From the human T2T-CHM13v2.0 reference genome, Homo sapiens, in NCBI RefSeq assembly GCF_009914755.1, contig NC_060942.1: a DNA stretch of 64,000 nt, one strand, 5' to 3'. The translations under genes were made by a program, and so were the position numbers. Positions 36,473 to 49,105 of the stretch are shown piece by piece. Every line of letters begins with the position of its first letter. Position 1 is the first letter of the stretch. Under the pieces are notes generated by a model. That model was not told where the DNA came from, did no database searches, and worked only from the letters and a program-made list of their open reading frames with translations.

Positions 36473-39400
36473 TTTTTACATACTTTAAGTTCTGGGATAC
36501 ATGTGCAGAACATACAGGTTTGTTGCATAGCTATACATATGCCATGGTGGTTTGCTGCACCCATCAACCTGTCACCTACATTAGGTATTCCACCTAATGC
36601 TATTCCTCCCCCAACCCCCAACCCCTTGACTGGCCTCTGTATGTGATGTTCCCCTCTCTGTGTCCATGTGTTCTCATTGTTCAACTCCTACTTAGGAATA
36701 AGAACATACAGTGTTTGGTTTTCTGTTCCTCTGTTAGCTTGCTGAGAATGATGGTTTCCAGCTTCATCCATGTTGCAAAGGACGTGAACTCCCCCTTTTC
36801 TATGGCTGTGTAGCATTCCATGGTGTATATGTGCCATATTTTCTTTATCCAGTCTATCCTTGATGGGCATTTGGGTTGGTTCCAAGTCTTTGCTATTGTG
36901 AATAGTGCTGCAATAAACATACATGTGCACATGTCTTTATAGTAGAATGATTTCTAATCATTTGGGTATGTACCCAGCAATGGGATCACTGGGTCAAATG
37001 GTATTTCTAGTTCTAGATCCTTGAGGAATTGCCACACTGTCTTCCCCAATGGTTGAACTAATTTACACTCCCACCAACAGTGTAAAGCATTCTTTTTTCT
37101 CTACACCCTCTCCAGCATCTGTTGTTTCCTGACATTTTAATGATTGCCATTCTAAATGGCATGAGATGGTATCTCATTGTGGTTTTGATTTATATTTCTC
37201 TAATGATCAGCGATGATGAGCTTTTTTTCATGTCAGTTGGCCACATAAATGTCTTCTTTTGAGAAGTGTCTGTTCATATCCTTCGGACATTTTTGAAGGC
37301 GTTGTTTGTTTTTTTCTTGTAAATTTGTTTAAGTTCTTTGTAGATTCTGGATATTAGCCCTTTGTCAGATGGATAGATTGCAAAACTTTTCTCCCATTCT
37401 GTAGGTTGCCTGTTCACTCTGATGATAGCTTCTTTCGCTATGCAGAAGCTCTTTAGTTTAATTGGATCCCATTTGTCAATTTTGGCTTTTGTTGCCATTG
37501 ATTTTGGTGTTTTAGTCATGAAGTCTTTCCCCACGCCTATGTCCTGAGTACTACTGCCTAGGTTTTTTTCTAGAGTTTTTATGGTTTTAGGTATTATGTT
37601 TAAGTCTTTATTCCATCTTGAGTTAATTTTTATATAAGGTATAAGGAAGGGGTCCAATTTCAGTTTTCTGCATATGGCTAGCCAGTTTTCCCACCACTAT
37701 TAAATAGGGAATAATTTCCCCATTGCTTGTTTTTGTGAGATTTATCAAAGATCAGATGGCTCTAGATGTGTGGTGTTACCTCTGAGGCCTCTGTTCTGTT
37801 CCTTTGTTCTATATATCTGTTTTGGTACCAGTACCATGCTCTTTTGGTTATTGTAGCCTTGTAGTATAGTTAGAAGTCAGGTAGAATGATGCCTCCTGCT
37901 TTGTTCTTTTTGCTTAGGATTGTCTTGGCTATACGGGCTCTTTTTTGGTTCCACATGAAATTTAAAGTAGTTTTTTCTAATTCTGTGAAGAAAGTCAATG
38001 GTAGCTTGATGGAGATAGCATTGAATCTATAAATTATTTTGGGCAGTACAGCCATTTTCACGATATTGGTTTTTCCAATCCATGAGCATGGAATGTTTTT
38101 TTCCATTTGTTTGGGTCCTCTCTTATTTCCTTGAGCAGTGGTTTGTAGTTCTCCTTGAAAAGGTCCTTCGTATCCCTTTTAAGTTGTATTCCTAGGTATT
38201 TTATTCAATTGTGAATGACAATTGTGAATGGCAATTCACTCATGATTTGGCTCTCTGTTTGTCTATTATTGGTGTATAGGAATGCCTGTGATTTTTGAAC
38301 ATTGATTTTGTATCCTGAGACTTTGCTGAAGTTATTTATCAGCTTAAGGAGATTTTGGGCTGAGATGGTGGAGTTTTCTAAATATACATTCATGTTATCT
38401 ACAAACAGAGAAAATTTGACTGTCTTTCTTCCTATTTGAGTACCATTTATTTCTTTCTCTTGCCTGAATTCACTGGCCAGAACTTCCAATATTATGTCGA
38501 ATAGTAGTGGTGAGAGAGGGCATCCTTGTCTTGTGCTGGTGTTTAAAGGGAATGCTTCCAGCTTTTGCCCATTCAGCATGATATTGGCTGTGGGTTTGTC
38601 ATAAATAGCTGTTATTACCAAGGCCTTTTCTGCATCTATTGAGATAATCATGTGGTTTTTGTCATTGGTTCTGTTTATGTGATGTATTACATTTATTGAT
38701 TTGCATATGTTGAATCAACCTTGCATCCCAGGGATGAAGCTGACTTGATTGTTTTCTACTTGACTGATGTGCTGCTGGATTTGGTTTGCCAGTATTTTAT
38801 TGAGGATTTTTGCATTGATGTTCATCAGGGATATTGGCCTGAAATTTTCTCTTTTTGCTGTGTCTCTGCCAGGTTTTGGTATCAGGATGATGCTGGTCTC
38901 ATAAAATATGTTAGGGCAAAGTCCCTCTTTTTCTATTGTTTGGAATAGTTTCAGAAGGAATGGTTCCAGCTCCTCTTTGTACCTCTGGTAGAATTTGGCT
39001 GTGAATCTGTCTGGTCCTGGGCTGTTTTTGGTTGGTAGGCTCTCAATTACTGCCTCAATTTCAGAACTTGTTATTGGTCTACTCAGGGATTCTACTTCTT
39101 CCTGGTTTAGTCTTGGGAGGGTGTATGTGTCCAGAAATGTATCCATTTCTTCTAGATTTTCTAGTTTATTTGCATAAAGGTGTTTATAGTATTCTCTCAT
39201 GGTAGTTTGTATTTCTGTGGGATCAGTGGTGATCTCCCCTTTATCTTTTTTTTATTGTGTCTATTTGATTCTCCTCTCTTTTCTTATTTATTAGTCTGGC
39301 TAGAGGTCTATGTATTTCATTAATCTTTTCAAAAAACCAGCTCCTGGATTCACGGATGTTTTGAAGGTTTTTTCATGTCTCTATCTCCTTCAGTTCTGCT

Positions 39401-40493
39401 CTGACTTTAGTTATTTTTTGTCTTCTGCTAGCTTTTGAATTTGTTTGCTCTTGCTTCTCTAGTTCTTTTAATTGTGATGTTAGGGTATCGATTTTAGATC
39501 TTTCCCACTTTCTTCTGTGGGCATTTAGTGCTATAAATTTCCCTCTAAACACTGCTTTAGCTGTGTCCCTGTGATTCTGATATGTTGTGTCTTTGTTCTC
39601 ACTGGTTTCAAAGAACTTCTTTATTTCTACCTTAATTTTGTTATTTACCCAATAGTCATTCAGGAGCAAGTTGTTCAGTTTCCATGTAGTTGTGCAGTTT
39701 TGAGTGAGTTTCTTAATCCTGAGTTCTAATTTGATTGCACTGTGGTCTGAGAGACTGTTATGATTTCCATTGTTTTGCATTTGCTGAGGAGTGTACTTCT
39801 AATTATGTGGTCAATTTTAGAATAAGTGTGATGTGGTGCTGAGAAGAATGTATATTCTGTTGATATGGGGTGGAGAGTTCTGTAGATATCTATTAGGTCT
39901 GCTTGGTCCAGAGCTGAGTTCAAGTCCTGAATATCCTTGTTAACTTTCTGTCTTGTTGATCTATCTAATATTGACAGTGGAGTGTTAAACTCTCCCACTA
40001 TTATTGTTTGGGAGTCTAAGTCTCTTTGTAGGTCTCTAAGAACTTGCTTTATGAATCTGGGTGCTCCTGTATTGGGTGTGTATATATTTAGGAGAGTTAG
40101 CTCTTCTTGTTGCATTGATCCGTTTACCATTACATAATGCCCTTCTTTGTCTTTTTTGATCTTTGTTCGTTTAAAATCTGTTTTATCAGAGACTAGGATT
40201 GCAACCTCTGCCTTTTTTTTCTTTCCATTTGCTTGGTACATATTCCTCCATCCCATTATTTTGAGCCTATTTATGTCTTTGCACATGAGATGGGTCTCCT
40301 GAATACAGCACACAGATGGGTCTTGACTCTATCAATTTTGCTAGTCTGTGTCTTTTAATTGGGGCATTTAGCCATTTACATTTAAGGTTAATATTGTTAT
40401 GTGTGAATTTGATCCTGTCATTATGATGCTAGCTGGTTATTTGCCCATTAGTTGATCCAGTTTCTTCATAGTGTTGATGGTCTTTATAATTTG
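36473..40493 (-). mobile_element. 5'-truncated L1PA7-like element, about 4.0 kb (ORF1 end, spacer, ORF2, 3' UTR)
   Basis: Continuous primate L1 sequence; probable short TSD gtatctttt (36464-36472) / gtaactttt (40494-40502). Confidence 0.95.
36681..40421 (-). pseudogene. Disrupted LINE-1 ORF2p (APE-like endonuclease, reverse transcriptase, C-terminal domain)
   Basis: ATG ACA GGA TCA AAT TCA CAC (MTGSNSH) starts at 40421; [38 protein letters not shown] and [11 protein letters not shown] lie in different frames; the RT catalytic FADD motif reads FVDN; several frameshifts and stops. Confidence 0.93.
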
Positions 40494-40969
40494 GTAACTT
40501 TTACCACAGTAAAAAAAAAAAAAAAAAGAAATCAAAGAAATAACACAAACATACATTAGCATTGAGAAATATAAAATCCGTAGGGATAAATAGCCAAAGT
40601 GCTTTGAAAAGAATAACTTACATTATCAATTTCAAGACTTACTGTAATCTTCAGCAATCACAATTTTGTGTCAAGATAAACATGTAGATCAAAGGGACAG
40701 AATAGAGTCCAGATATAGACCAGTCCCCATATGGTCAACTGATTTTCAACAAAGATTCGTAGGTAATTCGGCAGAGACACTATAGTTCTTCTATTAATAG
40801 TGTTGAAAACATTGGATATCTATTTGCAAAAATATAAACTCCAATTCATATCTCTAAAAATAAACAAAATTTTACTCAAAATACATTACAGACATAAATA
40901 TAAAACCTAAAAATATGAAACTTTTAAAAGAAAACATAAAATAAGATTTTTTATAACTTTGAGTTAGGT

Positions 40970-41169
40970 CAAAGTTTCTCAAATGCCTCACTATTGAATT
41001 GTGTAATTCTTTATTGCAGGAGGCCGCCCTGTGTGTCATAGCACATTTATTGGTATTAATGGCCTCCCCCCACAAGATGCCTATCGTGTCCCTCTTGTGA
41101 CACCAAAAGTGTCTGCAGACGTTGCCAATGTTCTGTGGATGGAAACATTTCCCATGGTTGAGAACTATG
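40970..41169 (+). mobile_element. MER20 hAT-Charlie MITE
   Basis: 'ctattga...taattctttattg...gccctgtgtg...tggcctc...agatgcc...gtgacaccaaaagtgtctgcagacgttgccaatg...ggttgagaac'. Confidence 0.85.
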
Positions 41170-41464
41170 TGTTTAGAGAAGGGGTGTTTTATCTATCATA
41201 TCGAAAGCACAATCAATAAAAGAAAAAAATTGATGAATAGAACTTTATTATAATTAAAAATTTCTGTTCTTCAAAAGACACTATTAAGAGAATGAAAAGG
41301 CAAGACAAGCCACAGGCTTGGAGGAAATATTATCAAATCACATATCTGAAAGAAAAAGGACTTGAATGCAGAATATATAAATAACTCTTAAACCTCAATA
41401 AGTAAACACATATTACAATAAAAAACAGCAAAAAAGTTGAAGATACTTCATTAAAGAAGATAAA

Positions 41465-41555
41465 TGGCTCAATTATACACTCCATAATGGATATATATTT
41501 CAAAATATCATATTGTATGTGATAAATATATACAATTTTATTTGTCAATTTTAAA
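41465..41555 (+). mobile_element. Short L1MA/MB 3'-terminal fragment
   Basis: 'caaaatatcatattgtatgtgataaatatatacaattttatttgtcaatt'. Confidence 0.6.
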
Positions 41556-41576
41556 ATGTTTAAAATGTATGGGTAG

Positions 41577-41983
41577 TGTATCAGGCTGCTTTTTATTGCT
41601 ATAAGGAAACATCTGAGGCTGAGTAATTTATAAAGAAAAGAGGTTTATTTGGCTCATGGTTCTTCAGGCTGTACAGAAAGCATAACATTAGCATCTGATC
41701 AGCTTCTGGTGAGGCTTCAGGGAGCTTTTACTCATAGCAGAAAGCAAAGTGGGACCCAGGTATTATACTGCAAGAGGGAGAGCAAGGGGGTATGGGCAGG
41801 TGTCACACTCTTCTAAACAACTGGATCTCATGTGAACTGCCATGGCTACCACTCACTCATCACCAAGGGGATGATGTAAGCCATTCATAAGGGATCTGCC
41901 CCATGATTCTAACACCTCCTACCAGGCCCCACCATTACATTTCAACATGGAATTTGGACGGAACAAACATCCAAACCTTATCA
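41577..41983 (-). mobile_element. MSTA/MSTB MaLR solo LTR
   Basis: 407 bp; 'ttgctataaggaaacatctgaggctgagtaatttataaagaaaagaggtttatttggctcatggttc...aaacatccaaaccttatca'; 5-bp TSD ggtag/gatag. Confidence 0.9.
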
Positions 41984-44086
41984 GATAGCAAATGAGCACA
42001 TAAAAAGGTGCTTAACATAATTTGTCATTAGGTAAATGCAAGTTAAAACCAGAGTGAGATGCCCCTATATACCTATGATGGCATCTAAAATCATACAGAC
42101 GAATGATGCCAAGTATTGGCAAGAACATGGAACAACTGGAACTCTCATGCTTTGCTGATGTAAACTGCTAAAATAACTTTGGAAAATAGTTTGGAAATTT
42201 CTTAAAATATTAAATTTATGCCTACCATATACTCATTCATTCCATTCCACTTATGAGAAATGAAAGTATACATCTATATAAAAATATTTTAAAAATTTGA
42301 AAATTTTTGCCTTTTAAAAATAATCTAAATCTGGAAAGTACCCAAATGTCCATCAACATGTGAATAAAGATTTGTGAACTACCCATACAATAAAATACTA
42401 CACAGCACTAAATAGGAAAGAACTATTGATCCACATACAAACATAGATGAGTCTCCAAATAGTTATGCTGAGTGAAAGAAGCCAGATATGAATGAAAACA
42501 TACCAAATAATTCCATCTATATAATATTCTAGAAAATACAAATTAAAATGTCAGAAAGGAGATCAATTATGGCCCAGGGATGTGAGGGCTAGAAGGGTGG
42601 GATGTAGGGATTCTAAGTGGGTAGAAGGAAACTTTGGGGGTGATGGATACATTTATTAAATTGACTGTGGCAAAGGTTTTGTAAGTGTATGCATATGTCA
42701 CTTTATTACATGTCAATTATACCTCGATAAAACTGTAAAAAGATAAGGAAGGGGGTTTGATTACTTAATAGAATATATAAGTAAGTCTATCTCTCTACTG
42801 AAGACTTAACATTTGCATTATTGTGTTACATATTTGAAATGCCTTGTAGCATTTTACTTAGTTTAAACGAGCATTTTTTCAATGCATTATATATTAGGAT
42901 CTTTCACTCAACATTTTTTCTTTTCATGTAATACCTATCATTATCCTTGAGTACCAGTTATGGCACAGATCTCACTTTAGAAAACACTGGTCTTGAGCTG
43001 TAAGCAATGGCACAGTGTCTGACTGGAAATTACAGTTATCAAGAGGGTAGCCATGATATTTGGGTAAAGGCCTACTGAGAATTAAGTAGATTCTATGCAA
43101 ATTTTTACTTTGGTATATACATATATACATGTACCATGGTAGCAAGTAAGTCCAAGTAGGCATTAGAAAAAAAGTTAGTGTCAAGATGATAGATAAATTC
43201 CAGAAGGTCAGCATGCAAGAAAGGGACAGGAATTTAAAAGAAGTAGTAGATGGACAAAAAAAAGCATAAGTGAGCACTAAATGTCAGGATACTTAAAATA
43301 CTTTGCATAAGGGGAAGGATCCACTCTAGGCTTAGCCAGAATAAGACGTGTGGGTAGAGTGAAAAAAAGTGATTTATTTGAGAGAAGACCTAAGTAAAAA
43401 TTAAAGCATATGCTGAAAAATGAGTATTTTTTGAAAGATTTGCATTGATCATATATTGCATTGATCATATATACTCCTAAAATTTATGATTATTTCATCA
43501 GACAATTTTTCTGAGAAATGCATTTATTGCAATGACAGGGCTTGATATAAGTATACTCTGATCACTAAAATCAAATGGTACCTTGAGGAATTAGATCTAG
43601 TAGCCTTCTACAAAGTTTCGATGTGATATCTCCAAAGTGTTCGCATTCACTGAATGTTGAATTAAAAAAGAAGTCTGCAGACAAAATTCTAAACATCACC
43701 TGACTCTCCTACTACTTCCCTTTCCAAATAGGTTCCTTTTCTTAATTATTACTCTTCCAGGATAAATAGACAATAAGACTGACAAATCAAACAATCAAAC
43801 ATATTAGGGTATTTGGGGGTTTAGTTGGCAGCATGTCGCAACTTCTTCCAAATCTGTTTTAGTATTAAACCATAGGAGTACACTGAATCTGGTAAACACA
43901 ATAATAACATACCTTTTCCATTCAAACTTCACTAATAAATCCTTGTCCTTTCAATATAAGAACAGAGACTCTTTCTGACTAAGAATTCCATATTTACAGT
44001 AAAAGACCAAAATGTTGATGCACTTGTCTTTTTATTTATTTATGTTTTCTTCTAGATGAGATATTGGTAGAGAGTACAGTGAATAT

Positions 44087-44539
44087 TGTACTTTGGCTGG
44101 GTTCCTTATACTCACACTCTAAGATAATAAATCAGCTATATGTTATTTATTAAGAAAATGCTCCCAGGAGAAACCCATGTAGGAATGGAGAAAGCAGGGC
44201 TTGATATTGAAAGAAGCCAAGCAAAGGTAAAATTTCAGGCAAAGTCTCAGTCTCAACCTGATTGTACAGGGAAGCTGTGAAGTATAGATCAGGCCTCAGA
44301 ATTTGTCCTCAGTTCAGTCAAGGGAGCTAGGCTTTTATAATTCTGCACCAGTCATTGGCTAAAAGCTACCCTGGAGGGACATAAATTGCCAGGCACTTGT
44401 GGCTCCCACCAGTGGTCGGCAAAGCAGCTCTAGTAGTTCAAGGACATTCCTCCAAAACAAGTTGAAAGTGTAAGTGGAAAGAAGTAAAGCCCTTAGAAGC
44501 TGAGGCATTTTGGTCTGAACACTGAGAGTGCCCACTACA
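44087..44539 (-). mobile_element. ERVL-class solo LTR (LTR33/LTR16-like)
   Basis: 'tgtactttggctgggttcc...ctctaagataa...tttattaagaaaatgctcccaggag...gtcattggct...cccactaca'; same general architecture as 1-419. Confidence 0.55.
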
Positions 44540-45039
44540 AGTGAGTTGTGAGTGTTTGCGAATTAAATGGAGTGAGCTAAAATTCATTGGGGGTGGGGGT
44601 GGTGTTTCTTGTCAGTATTGTTTTAAAATCCAGCACAGAAAGCATTCAATGGTTTTGTTGCCAAGTGTACAGCATCCATTTCCAAGTCTTACTTCAAGAA
44701 TTTACACTTTTCTGTGTTCCTAAGAAAAATGATGAAAGCAGAAAAAGAAAAATTTGTATTTCCACGAGACAAGCTAATTTTTTATTTTAGGACAGTAAGT
44801 AATATACAATGATAAGCTTTTGCAATTCATATTTTCCTATTTATTATATGTGATGGCTGAGTTAATAATTTATTCATATTTTAATCAAATTCAATTTACT
44901 TTACCCTTAAATAGTGTAGGTCAGAAGTTCAATAACAAAGAACTTTTTTCAACTGGTTATTTTTGAAAGGCTTCCTATAATGAACATCTAGTTGAAAAAA
45001 ACTTAACGCTTAAATTCTTTAAGGCAATGTATTTCAGGT

Positions 45040-45203
45040 TATGATTCCAGGGTCACTTACATCAAAAATGCTCGGGGAATTGTTAAAAAAACCTCCATAA
45101 ATCCTACCCTAGAACTCCTGATTCCTGATGGTGAGATCTTGAGTATGCCTTTTTACAAAAGATTCCTAGATGCCTACATACATACAAGAATGAGAACCTC
45201 TGT
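45040..45203. mobile_element. MER5-family MITE
   Basis: 'catcaaaaatgctcggggaattgttaaaa...gtatgccttttacaaaagattcctagatg...tgagaacctctg'. Confidence 0.55.
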
Positions 45204-45374
45204 TGTAAATGGTAGAGATGTTATATACAGGTGTTACTTTTTAAAAAAATGGAAGCTACTAGAAGGATTTACTGAAGCAGATTAAGCAAGAGAAAGTTCA
45301 GAGAAAAGTTCAGAAGTAAAGCTCTGCCCTATTACTTTTCTTAAGTTTTGTAGTGGCTGCCAGGTATTTTCCCC

Positions 45375-45950
45375 ACTTTCAGCACTGCTTCTCTTCCAAT
45401 CCAGTTTCAATTTCTGCTGATAGGCCACTCTCCTTAAGGCATAACTCTAATCATGCTTTACTTGTTCCCCAAATAGCCATGCCTAATAAAGGAAACCCAA
45501 ATACTTGAACATGATCCTTAAGGACCTTCAAATATGGCTCCACTATATATTTTCAGTCTTATCTTTCATACATTCCTTAAAATCCTCTCAAATTCATCTA
45601 CTCACATCCATTCATATAGATTTTGAATTTTTTAAATCCTATTTGCCTATTACCTTACTACATTGTCTTCCATATCTGCCTCAAAGGCCAAGAACCAATG
45701 TCATCTTTTGGTAGCTATAAGTGTCCACTCTAGCTTATGCTCTGTCTTTCCAATGAACTTCCAAGGGATTTTGGATTACATCAGTCACATGCACTTTTAT
45801 GGTCTTATCTTATGGTTATTTTGTCTCACATTTATCCCCCTTTATTTAAGGTAGGGACATCCTCATTAAATTGTGAGCCTATTTATTATATAAATTTGTA
45901 TTTCTCACAGCTTGAACTTGTCTTTTTTTTATGTTTAGCAAATAGTTTAA
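45375..45950 (+). mobile_element. L2 LINE fragment
   Basis: 'cttaaggcataactctaatcatgc...aaacccaaatacttgaacatgatccttaaggaccttca'. Confidence 0.55.
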
Positions 45951-46545
45951 TAATAATAATAAAATAATGGTTAGATTATAGAACCTACTAAGGACTTCCA
46001 ATATTAGTTTTACTGGCTAACAATTCATTTCAGTCTTACAAATAACTAACTATCTCATCTACAGCTATACCCACTCCATACATAATCTCCATAAATCATC
46101 CCTGAAACCACTCCATATAAATATGTAATCTAAGTTACTGCTTCCTGGTTACCAAAAATAGATTCACTCCAAATAAAAATTCATTGGCCCAACTCCTATC
46201 TCTTTATTTCAAACTTATTTTCACCTTGAACACTACCTATATTAAAATTATGGTTTACTACAGCTCTGCCCTAAATGCTCTATTTTTACTCTATAAGAAA
46301 ATTGAAGACTTCAACTGTTCAAGATAATAATCTCAGTTTCCTCATCCAGTGTTGTGGATAATGACACCTGGCCTTTGTCTTGTCAAGACTTGAGCAGTAA
46401 AAAAGACTCAGCATTTAATTTTATAGTAATTTGAGAATGTAAGAACATAATTGAAGTGTTGATTGGTTAACATTTTTCTTGTGAAGCATGCTATTAAATA
46501 TTTTTATCATCACCATTTCTGGGACTCTGTTAAAACTCTTTTTGG

Positions 46546-46674
46546 TAGACTACAAATAGGGTGCAGTGTATACTGCTCGGATGTTGGGTGCACCAAAAAT
46601 CTCACAAATCACCACTAAAGAACTTAATCATGTAACCAAACACCACCTGTACCCCAATAACCTATGGGAAAAAA
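46546..46674 (+). mobile_element. Very short (about 130 bp) L1PB-like 3' end
   Basis: 'gactacaaatagggtgcagtgtatactgctcgg...ctcacaaatcaccactaaagaactt...aacctatgg' plus A-tail; TSD aaaactctttttgg (46532-46545) / agaactctttttgg (46675-46688); TT|AAAA endonuclease site. Confidence 0.92.
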
Positions 46675-48334
46675 AGAACTCTTTTTGGAATAAACTGTAA
46701 ACTTTACATATCTTTGTCAAAAAATTGTAATTTACTGTAAAAATTATGTAATATCAATTTTAGAAATATGTATACATTTTGCTGCTCTGATTTTAAGATA
46801 AATAGGGAATTAAATTTGGTAGATAAATGTACATTAATCTTGTACTAGCTATTTCAATTTTTAGTTACCATACTGTGAATAGCTTTAATAGAATATATGA
46901 TTCAAGTATTCTTAGCATTTTTTTTTACTTTAGAAATAGCTACTGTGAAATGTAAAAATGTATTTTAAAAGGCTGCAAACATTAATCAAAGCTAGATCAT
47001 AGCATGTATTTTTGTATGGGCAGGAATCTTTCTGTCAGTTTAAAGAGAAAAAAATTGTTTTAGGAAGTAGAAATGTAAAGTTAGGATTATTGTTTCAATC
47101 TAAATAAATCACATACTTATTAGAAATACAATAAAAGAATAAATAGCATACTTGCAACTGTGCAATAACATATATGATTATCTGCTACTAGTTCTGAGCA
47201 TATGCTATGCTTTTGATCCAGCTTGGTTTAGAGAGTCACCTAAATTCCTAGTCTGATTTATATACCTCTCCTGTGACGGCCCTAGGAATCTGCAATACTT
47301 CTATCACAATAAACTTAACATTACCTCTTTTAGTTTTATGTCCCCAATATGAGGCTGTACTGTCAAGGGGTAGATGCTTAATACATAATTAAAAGTAAAT
47401 GAATTCATTTTATGATTTATAAATAAAATAAAATAAAAGTGTCATAAAGAAAAAGTGAAAGAAAGTTTTGCCTGTCAATTTCCCCATATTTACAAGTGTT
47501 ATAAAAAGCTACTGAAAGCATCTACTAAGGCAAATCTCAGAGTACAGAGATGTATAGAAAGTGGCCTCTGCTCTCCAGTTTTTAATCCAATAGGACAACT
47601 GAGACACAATCCACACACAGCAAAGGTGCAAGACATTACTCACAGTGTTGATGTGGGTGTTGGTCCTGCCTGCATCCCTCCCTCCCTGCCTTTCTATCTT
47701 TTTGTTTTAAGAGACATACAGTCAATGGAGAAGAAACTTGGAGAAGGAAAAAGTGACTACTCATTGAGGTAATCAGAGGATGCTGTTGAAGCATCGAGGT
47801 TGCTACCTAGAGGCAAGAGTGGGAAAGGAGTAAGGATTGGCATGAACAAAGCATTGCTGGCAGAATAGGGAACACACACTTCTGGTACAGGGGGCAGCAC
47901 AGATGATGAAAGGCAGCAGAGATGATGAGAGGATTGTGGCCAGAAATCCAACCAGGTTATAGGGACATAAGGAGCAGGTACTTTAGTAGTGAAAGAAGGA
48001 TAGCTGGGATGTCATGGAGCAGGGCTGTGTGGTGCCCATCAGAAGAGGAAGTGAGAGTATCACCCAGGGAATAGAATGTAAACAGCCAAGCCCTCTGCCG
48101 ATTACAGTGAAGCACAACAGAATATATGACACATGTTATTTTGATTAGGGGGATATTTTAATGCTTTATTAATTAGTGATAAAAAGGAAAATATACAATT
48201 TTGATGCTTCATTGACTTCAAACTTTTATGTGGCACAGAAGTGACTTTTAACATGATAATTATGGAAAAACTTATGTTTAGGGAAATAATAAAAGAAACT
48301 TGGGTGAGGTAAACTAAAAATCAGCAAAGGCTGG

Positions 48335-48664
48335 TGTTATGAATAGTCTGAGTATTTGTGTCTCCTCAGAATTCATTCATTTATTGAAACCTGATGCCCA
48401 ATGTGCCAGTATAGAAGGTAGGGCCTTCGGGAAGTGATTAGCCTATCGGGACAGAGACTCCAGAGAGCTAGCTGCACCCTTCCGCTATGTGAGGATGCCA
48501 TGAGTAGGTGCCATCTATGAACCAGAAAGTGGGCCCTCACCAGACACTTGGCACATCCGTAAGTGCCTTGATCTTGGATCTCCCAGCCTCCAGATCTAGG
48601 AAAAACAAATTTCTATTGTAAGTTACCCAGTCTAAGGTTGTCACAGCCCAGAAACACTAAGATA
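48335..48664 (+). mobile_element. MLT1A/MSTD-like MaLR solo LTR
   Basis: 'gggccttcgggaagtgattag...ctatgtgaggat...gccatctatgaaccagaaagtgggccctcaccagacac...gccttgatcttgga..cccagcctccaga'; TSD gctgg/gctgt. Confidence 0.85.
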
Positions 48665-48997
48665 GCTGTTTACTTCTTATTTGACCCAAGCGAAGCTTAT
48701 AGTAGTTTTGAACTTATTTTCTTAAAAATAAGGACACCTATGGAAAATAACTATTCTCCTTCATATCACGTTTGTTATGTTAATTTTACATAAACACTTC
48801 ACATACCAATAGTAAGAGGTAATTAATTATGTTCATATTTTACCAACACATCTATATATAAATAGTATATATTTAGTATATTGGCTATAAGTAATGTCTT
48901 AGACTTGTGAATTATTTGAAATAAACTCATTTGACATTGCCTGAACTGATTTTTGTTCATCAATCAGTTTTCTGTGAGACATCATTATTCTGTGAGA

Positions 48998-49105
48998 TAA
49001 ATTCATGTAACTCACAGAAACTAAATTTTTTTCTGTGAGTTACATGAATTTACAGAATTTACAGAATTACAGAATACAGAAAATTTAGTTTCTGTGAGTT
49101 ACATG
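48998..49105. repeat. Perfect 23-bp inverted repeat with a third 26-bp arm and short tandem units
   Basis: 48998-49020 is the reverse complement of 49030-49052; 49004-49029 is the reverse complement of 49080-49105 (both checked base by base). Confidence 0.95.

Larger units (their letters stand above)
36225..40530 (+). mobile_element. L1MB-type 3' end (36225-36472 plus 40494-40530), split by an L1PA
   Basis: 'ggggagttattg...gaagatgaaaaatgttctggagatg...aacaatgtgaatgtacttaatg...cacttaaaatgg...ttatgtatc' continues after the insertion as 'ttttaccacagtaaaaaaaa'. Confidence 0.85.
28433..42741 (+). mobile_element. Near-full-length ancient L1 (L1ME1-type 3' end), fragmented by nested insertions
   Basis: Colinear pieces: 5' end 'gacttctacttctgacc...aaatttaccctcctgcctgaagcaac' (28433); ORF1-like 30.0-30.8 kb; ORF2 endonuclease start 'gtaatcacattacacttaaatggtct...ccaattaaaaacagattgtcagattgg' (~31210); RT region ~35720; ORF2 3' part 40.55-42.4 kb; 3' UTR 'ggaaactttgggggtgatggatac...tgtcaattatacctcgataaaactg'. 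Confidence 0.7.

Noticed and set aside
32271-39177. Hydrophobic + strand ORFs resembling membrane proteins
   Set aside because: Antisense readings of A-rich L1 ORF2.
36681-40421. Reverse-transcriptase and endonuclease ORFs as an active or novel system
   Set aside because: Ordinary LINE-1 ORF2p, fragmented across frames, with FADD changed to FVDN and no promoter or ORF1.
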